DNA from: Auanema rhodensis
Lineage: Eukaryota > Animalia > Nematoda
Assembly (NCBI GenBank): GCA_964057225.1
Contig: OZ059896.1
Coordinates: 19,406,001 to 19,470,000, forward strand
Length of the DNA stretch: 64,000 nucleotides
Direction of reading: 5' to 3'
Shown here in pieces: positions 56,167-64,000 of this stretch; within the stretch, counting starts at the first letter, position 1; each line of letters starts with the position of its first letter. The notes beneath the pieces were generated by a model that made no database searches, was not told the DNA's origin, and was given only the letters and a program-made list of their open reading frames with translations. The position numbers and the translations under genes were made by a program.

Positions 56167-58300
56167 ATCGAGGATATAAGTGTGAACTTATATCAGTTGA
56201 TATCTCGGTGCATTTTTAAGCTAGCGCAAATCTGATAACACAGATCGACGCAGCTTAAAAATCCGCATCGAATGCACTATACTACATTGAGAAACGCTTA
56301 ATACAAAAATTAGTTATGATCGTTTGAAAAATGATGCATTAGTGTATGTTGAGTTTCCATGTACACTCAACATTGCTTCCAAAAACATTTTGACAAAAAT
56401 TTTTTCAAAAAATTTCAAAATAATTTAGCAAAAAGTAGATGTTTTTAGATTCTTTTTTTCAAGGCAAAGACGATGGACAATGTTATTCAACGAAAAAATT
56501 AATTCTTCAGGGTGAAAATCGAAGATATAAGTGTGAACTTATATCAGTTGATATATCGGTGCATTTTTAAGCTAGCGCAAATCTGATAACACAGATCGAC
56601 GCAGCTTAAAAATCCGCATCGAATGCACTATACTACATTGAGAAACGCTTAATACAAAAATTAGTTATGATCGTTTGAAAAATGATGCATTAGTGTATGT
56701 TGAGTTTCCATGTACACTCAACATTGCTTCCAAAAACATTTTGACAAAAATTTTTTCGAAAAATTTCTAAATAATTTAGCAAAAAGTAGATGTTTTTAGA
56801 TTCTTTTTTTCAAGGCAAAGACGATGGACAATGTTATTCAACGAAAAAATTAATTCTTCAGGGTGAAAATCGAGGATATAAGTGTGAACTTATATCAGTT
56901 GATATCTCGGTGCATTTTTAAGCTAGCGCAAATCTGATAACACAGATCGACGCAGCTTAAAAATCCACATCGAATGCACTATACTACATTGAGAAACGCT
57001 TAATACAAAAATTAGTTATGATCGTTTGAAAAATGAAGCATTAGTGTATGTTGAGTTTCCATGTACACTCAACATTGCTTCCAAAAACATTTTGACAAAA
57101 ATTTTTTCGAAAAATTTCAAAATAATTTAGCAAAAAGTAGATGTTTTTAGATTCCTTCTTTCAAGGCAAAGACGATGGACAATGTTATTCAACGAAAAAA
57201 TTAATTCTTCAGGGTGAAAATCGAGGATATATGTGTGAACTTATATCAGTTGATATCTCGGTGCATTTTTAAGCTAGCGCAAATCTGATAACACAGATCG
57301 ACGCAGCTTAAAAATCCGCATCGAATGCACTATACTACATTGAGAAACGCTTAATACAAAAATTAGTTATGATCGTTTGAAAAATGATGCATTAGTGTAT
57401 GTTGAGTTTCCATGTACACTCAACATTGCTTCCAAAAACATTTTGACAAAAATTTTTTCAAAAAATTTCAAAATAATTTAGCAAAAAGTAGATGTTTTTA
57501 GATTCTTTTTTTCAAGGCAAAGACGATGGACAATGTTATTCAACGAAAAAATTAATTCTTCAGGGTGAAAATCGAAGATATAAGTGTGAACTTATATCAG
57601 TTGATATATCGGTGCATTTTTAAGCTAGCGCAAATCTGATAACACAGATCGACGCAGCTTAAAAATCCGCATCGAATGCACTATACTACATTGAGAAACG
57701 CTTAATACAAAAATTAGTTATGATCGTTTGAAAAATGATGCATTAGTGTATGTTGAGTTTCCATGTACACTCAACATTGCTTCCAAAAACATTTTGACAA
57801 AAATTTTTTCGAAAAATTTCTAAATAATTTAGCAAAAAGTAGATGTTTTTAGATTCTTTTTTTCAAGGCAAAGACGATGGACAATGTTATTCAACGAAAA
57901 AATTAATTCTTCAGGGTGAAAATCGAGGATATAAGTGTGAACTTATATCAGTTGATATCTCGGTGCATTTTTAAGCTAGCGCAAATCTGATAACACAGAT
58001 CGACGCAGCTTAAAAATCCACATCGAATGCACTATACTACATTGAGAAACGCTTAATACAAAAATTAGTTATGATCGTTTGAAAAATGAAGCATTAGTGT
58101 ATGTTGAGTTTCCATGTACACTCAACATTGCTTCCAAAAACATTTTGACAAAAATTTTTTCGAAAAATTTCAAAATAATTTAGCAAAAAGTAGATGTTTT
58201 TAGATTCCTTCTTTCAAGGCAAAGACGATGGACAATGTTATTCAACGAAAAAATTAATTCTTCAGGGTGAAAATCGAGGATATATGTGTGAACTTATATC
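56167..58300 (+). repeat. 3-monomer (1053 bp) tandem duplication
   Basis: Private variants G6A (M162, M165), T169A (M163, M166) and A13T (M164, M167) each occur exactly twice, 1053 bp apart. Confidence 0.92.
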
Positions 58301-61300
58301 AGTTGATATATCGGTGCATTTTTAAGCTAGCGCAAATCTGATAACACAGATCGACGCAGCTTAAAAATCCGCATCGAATGCACTATACTACATTGAGAAA
58401 CGCTTAATACAAAAATTAGTTATGATCGTTTGAAAAATGATGCATTAGTGTATGTTGAGTTTCCATGTACACTCAACATTGCTTCCAAAAACATTTTGAC
58501 AAAAATTTTTTCAAAAAATTTCAAAATAATTTAGCAAAAAGTAGATGTTTTTAGATTCCTTTTTTCAAGGCAAAGACGATGGACAATGTTATTCAACGAA
58601 AAAATTAATTCTTCAGGGTGAAAATCGAGGATATAAGTGTGAACTTATATCAGTTGATATCTCGGTGCATTTTTAAGCTAGCGCAAATCTGATAACACAG
58701 ATCGACGCAGCTTAAAAATCCGCATCGAATGCACTATACTACATTGAGAAACGCTTAATACAAAAATTAGTTATGATCGTTTGAAAAATGATGCATTAGT
58801 GTATGTTGAGTTTCCATGTACACTCAACATTGCTTCCAAAAACATTTTGACAAAAATTTTTTCGAAAAATTTCAAAATAATTTAGCAAAAAGTAGATGTT
58901 CTTAGATTCCTTTTTTCAAGGCAAAGACGATGGACATTGTTATTCAACGAAAAAATTAATTCTTCAGGGTGAAAATCGAGGATATAAGTGTGAACTTATA
59001 TCAGTTGATATATCGGTGCATTTTTAAGCTAGCGCAAATCTGATAACACAGATCGACGCAGCTTAAAAATCCGCATCGAATGCACTATACTACATTGAGA
59101 AACGCTTAATACAAAAATTAGTTATGATCGTTTGAAAAATGATGCATTAGTGTATGTTGAGTTTCCATGTACACTCAACATTGCTTCCAAAAACATTTTG
59201 ACAAAAATTTTTTCGAAAAATTTCAAAATAATTTAGCAAAAAGTAGATGTTTTTAGATTCCTTTTTTCAAGGCAAAGACGATGGACAATGTTATTCAACG
59301 AAAAAATTAATTCTTCAGGGTGAAAATCGAGGATATAAGTGTGAACTTATATCAGTTGATATATCGGTGCATTTTTAAGCTAGCGCAAATCTGATAACAC
59401 AGATCGACGCAGCTTAAAAATCCGCATCGAATGCACTATACTACATTGAGAAACGCTTAATACAAAAATTAGTTATGATCGTTTGAAAAATGATGCATTA
59501 GTGTATGTTGAGTTTCCATGTACACTCAACATTGCTTCCAAAAACATTTTGACAAAAATTTTTTCGAAAAATTTCTAAATAATTTAGCAAAAAGTAGATG
59601 TTTTTAAAATCTTTTTTTCAAGGCAAAGACGATGGACAATGTTATTCAACGAAAAAATTAATTCTTCAGGGTGAAAATCGAGGATATAAGTGTGAACTTA
59701 TATCAGTTGATATCTCGGTGCATTTTTAAGCTAGCGCAAATTTGATAACACAGATCGACGCAGCTTAAAAATCCGCATCGAATGCACTATACTACATTGA
59801 GAAACGCTTAATACAAAAATTAGTTATGATCGTTTGAAAAATGATGCATTAGTGTATGTTGAGTTTCCATGTACACTCAACATTGCTTCCAAAAACATTT
59901 TGACAAAAATTTTTTCGAAAAATTTCAAAATAATTTAGCAAAAAGTAGATGTTTTTAGATTCCTTTTTTCAAGGCAAAGACGATGGACAATGTTATTCAA
60001 CGAAAAAATTAATTCTTCAGGGTGAAAATCGAGGATATAAGTGTGAACTTATATCAGTTGATATCTCGGTGCATTTTTAAGCTAGCGCAAATCTGATAAC
60101 ACAGATCGACGCAGCTTAAAAATCCGCATCGAATGCACTATACTACATTGAGAAACGCTTAATACAAAAATTAGTTATGATCGTTTGAAAAATGATGCAT
60201 TAGTGTATGTTGAGTTTCCATGTACACTCAACATTGCTTCCAAAAACATTTTGACAAAAATTTTTTCAAAAAATTTCAGAATAATTTAGCAAAAAGTAGA
60301 TGTTTTTAGATTCCTTTTTTCAAGGCAAAGACGATGGACAATGTTATTCAACGAAAAAATTAATTCTTCAGGGTGAAAATCGAGGATATAAGTGTGAACT
60401 TATATCAGTTGATATCTCGGTGCATTTTTAAGCTAGCGCAAATCTGATAACACAGATCGACGCAGCTTAAAAATCCGCATCGAATGCACTATACTACATT
60501 GAGAAACGCTTAATACAAAAATTAGTTATGATCGTTTGAAAAATGATGCATTAGTGTATGCTGAGTTTCCATGTACACTCAACATTGCTTCCAAAAACAT
60601 TTTGACAAAAATTTTTTCGAAAAATTTCAAAATAATTTAGCAAAAAGTAGATGTTCTTAGATTCCTTTTTTCAAGGCAAAGACGATGGACATTGTTATTC
60701 AACGAAAAAATTAATTCTTCAGGGTGAAAATCGAGGATATAAGTGTGAACTTATATCAGTTGATATATCGGTGCATTTTTAAGCTAGCGCAAATCTGATA
60801 ACACAGATCGACGCAGCTTAAAAATCCGCATCGAATGCACTATACTACATTGAGAAACGCTTAATACAAAAATTAGTTATGATCGTTTGAAAAATGATGC
60901 ATTAGTGTATGTTGAGTTTCCATGTACACTCAACATTGCTTCCAAAAACATTTTGACAAAAATTTTTTCGAAAAATTTCTGAATAATTTAGCAAAAAGTA
61001 GATGTTTTTAGATTCTTTTTTTCAAGGCAAAGACGATGGACAATGTTATTCAACGAAAAAATTAATTCTTCAGGGTGAAAATCGAGGATATAAGTGTGAA
61101 CTTATATCAGTTGATATCTCGGTGCATTTTTAAGCTAGCGCAAATCTGATAACACAGATCGAAACAGCTTAAAAATCCGCATCGAATGCACTATACTACA
61201 TTGAGAAACGCTTAATACAAAAATTAGTTATGATCGTTTGAAAAATGATGCATTAGTGTATGTTGAGTTTCCATGTACACTCAACATTGCTTCCAAAAAC

Positions 61301-61431
61301 ATTTTGACAAAAATTTTTTCGAAAAATTTCAAAATAATTTAGCAAAAAGTAGATGTTCTTAGATTCCTTTTTTCAAGGCAAAGACGATGGACATTGTTAT
61401 TCAACGAAAAAATTAATTCTTCAGGGTGAAA

Positions 61432-63537
61432 ATCGAGGATATAAGTGTGAACTTATATCAGTTGATATATCGGTGCATTTTTAAGCTAGCGCAAATCTGA
61501 TAACACAGATCGACGCAGCTTAAAAATCCGCATCGAATGCACTATACTACATTGAGAAACGCTTAATACAAAAATTAGTTATGATCGTTTGAAAAATGAT
61601 GCATTAGTGTATGTTGAGTTTCCATGTACACTCAACATTGCTTCCAAAAACATTTTGACAAAAATTTTTTCGAAAAATTTCAAAATAATTTAGCAAAAAG
61701 TAGATGTTTTTAGATTCTTTTTTTCAAAGCAAAGACGATGGACAATGTTATTCAACGAAAAAATTAATTCTTCAGGGTGAAAATCGAGGATATAAGTGTG
61801 AACTTATATCAGTTGATATATCGGTGCATTTTTAAGCTAGCGCAAATCTGATAACACAGATCGACGCAGCTTAAAAATCCGCATCGAATGCACTATACTA
61901 CATTGAGAAACGCTTAATACAAAAATTAGTTATGATCGTTTGAAAAATGATGCATTAGTGTATGTTGAGTTTCCATGTACACTCAACATTGCTTCCAAAA
62001 ACATTTTGACAAAAATTTTTTCGAAAAATTTCAAAATAATTTAGCAAAAAGTAGATGTTTTTAGATTCTTTTTTTCAAGGCAAAGACGATGGACAATGTT
62101 ATTCAACGAAAAAATTAATTCTTCAGGGTGAAAATCGAGGATATAAGTGTGAACTTATATCAGTTGATATATCGGTGCATTTTTAAGCTAGCGCAAATCT
62201 GATAACACAGATCGACGCAGCTTAAAAATCCGCATCGAATGCACTATACTACATTGAGAAACGCTTAATACAAAAATTAGTTATGATCGTTTGAAAAATG
62301 ATGCATTAGTGTATGTTGAGTTTCCATGTACACTCAACATTGCTTCCAAAAACATTTTGACAAAAATTTTTTCGAAAAATTTCAAAATAATTTAGCAAAA
62401 AGTAGATGTTCTTAGATTCCTTTTTTCAAGGCAAAGACGATGGACATTGTTATTCAACGAAAAAATTAATTCTTCAGGGTGAAAATCGAGGATATAAGTG
62501 TGAACTTATATCAGTTGATATATCGGTGCATTTTTAAGCTAGCGCAAATCTGATAACACAGATCGACGCAGCTTAAAAATCCGCATCGAATGCACTATAC
62601 TACATTGAGAAACGCTTAATACAAAAATTAGTTATGATCGTTTGAAAAATGATGCATTAGTGTATGTTGAGTTTCCATGTACACTCAACATTGCTTCCAA
62701 AAACATTTTGACAAAAATTTTTTCGAAAAATTTCAAAATAATTTAGCAAAAAGTAGATGTTTTTAGATTCTTTTTTTCAAAGCAAAGACGATGGACAATG
62801 TTATTCAACGAAAAAATTAATTCTTCAGGGTGAAAATCGAGGATATAAGTGTGAACTTATATCAGTTGATATATCGGTGCATTTTTAAGCTAGCGCAAAT
62901 CTGATAACACAGATCGACGCAGCTTAAAAATCCGCATCGAATGCACTATACTACATTGAGAAACGCTTAATACAAAAATTAGTTATGATCGTTTGAAAAA
63001 TGATGCATTAGTGTATGTTGAGTTTCCATGTACACTCAACATTGCTTCCAAAAACATTTTGACAAAAATTTTTTCGAAAAATTTCAAAATAATTTAGCAA
63101 AAAGTAGATGTTTTTAGATTCTTTTTTTCAAGGCAAAGACGATGGACAATGTTATTCAACGAAAAAATTAATTCTTCAGGGTGAAAATCGAGGATATAAG
63201 TGTGAACTTATATCAGTTGATATATCGGTGCATTTTTAAGCTAGCGCAAATCTGATAACACAGATCGACGCAGCTTAAAAATCCGCATCGAATGCACTAT
63301 ACTACATTGAGAAACGCTTAATACAAAAATTAGTTATGATCGTTTGAAAAATGATGCATTAGTGTATGTTGAGTTTCCATGTACACTCAACATTGCTTCC
63401 AAAAACATTTTGACAAAAATTTTTTCGAAAAATTTCAAAATAATTTAGCAAAAAGTAGATGTTCTTAGATTCCTTTTTTCAAGGCAAAGACGATGGACAT
63501 TGTTATTCAACGAAAAAATTAATTCTTCAGGGTGAAA
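61432..63537 (+). repeat. 3-monomer HOR (1053 bp) x2
   Basis: M176-178 match M179-181; private G297A in M176 and M179. Confidence 0.9.
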
Positions 63538-64000
63538 ATCGAGGATATAAGTGTGAACTTATATCAGTTGATATATCGGTGCATTTTTAAGCTAGCGCAA
63601 ATCTGATAACACAGATCGACGCAGCTTAAAAATCCGCATCGAATGCACTATACTACATTGAGAAACGCTTAATACAAAAATTAGTTATGATCGTTTGAAA
63701 AATGATGCATTAGTGTATGTTGAGTTTCCATGTACACTCAACATTGCTTCCAAAAACATTTTGACAAAAATTTTTTCGAAAAATTTCAAAATAATTTAGC
63801 AAAAAGTAGATGTTTTTAGATTCTTTTTTTCAAGGCAAAGACGATGGACAATGTTATTCAACGAAAAAATTAATTCTTCAGGGTGAAAATCGAGGATATA
63901 AGTGTGAACTTATATCAGTTGATATATCGGTGCATTTTTAAGCTAGCGCAAATCTGATAACACAGATCGACGCAGCTTAAAAATCCGCATCGAATGCACT

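Larger units (their letters stand above)
1..64000 (+). repeat. Tandem satellite DNA array, 351-bp monomer, about 182.3 copies, highly homogeneous
   Basis: ATCGAGGATA recurs at 1, 352, 703 ... 3511, 7021, 42121, 45631 (exact 351 period). After six +1 insertions the register is shifted by 6 (54061, 61081, 63889). No spacer, unique sequence or inversion was seen anywhere. Confidence 0.99.

Noticed and set aside
1-64000. Giant repeat-protein gene (351 = 117 codons)
   Set aside because: The frames checked contain several stops per monomer, and the six-frame ORF track shows nothing spanning monomers.
1-64000. CRISPR array or repeat-spacer system
   Set aside because: There are no unique spacers; the entire 351-bp unit is repeated, and no cas genes are present.
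1-64000. Pure assembly or concatemer artefact
   Set aside because: Linked, position-restricted variants and nested HORs indicate real evolutionary structure rather than repeated reads of one molecule, although individual duplications still need read support.

Overview
The whole 64,000-bp window is one uninterrupted head-to-tail tandem array (satellite DNA) of a 351-bp AT-rich monomer (about 31% GC by hand count). It holds 182 complete copies (M1-M182) plus 112 bp of a 183rd, all in the same orientation, and neither array end is visible. Monomers differ from the consensus by about 0-6 substitutions. The only indels are six copies of the same +1 T (T6>T7) between 49077 and 53651. I found no supportable gene, RNA gene, CRISPR array or transposon; the single 63-aa ORF results from one stop-loss variant in one monomer. 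The information lies in (i) the monomer's internal architecture, which is rich in dyad symmetries and includes an inverted-repeat site with a 13-nt spacer, and (ii) the order of sequence variants. That order shows local higher-order repeats (HORs; 2-, 3-, 5-, 7-, 10- and 11-mers), fusion monomers, long-range variant sharing and two variant domains meeting near 35.45 kb. The array resembles a eukaryotic (peri)centromeric or heterochromatic satellite, but I cannot assign organism or family. I see no evidence of a novel protein-coding system. Monomer positions quoted below are relative to ATCGAGGATA = position 1 (window 1-351). All variant calls were read by eye and should be confirmed by alignment.
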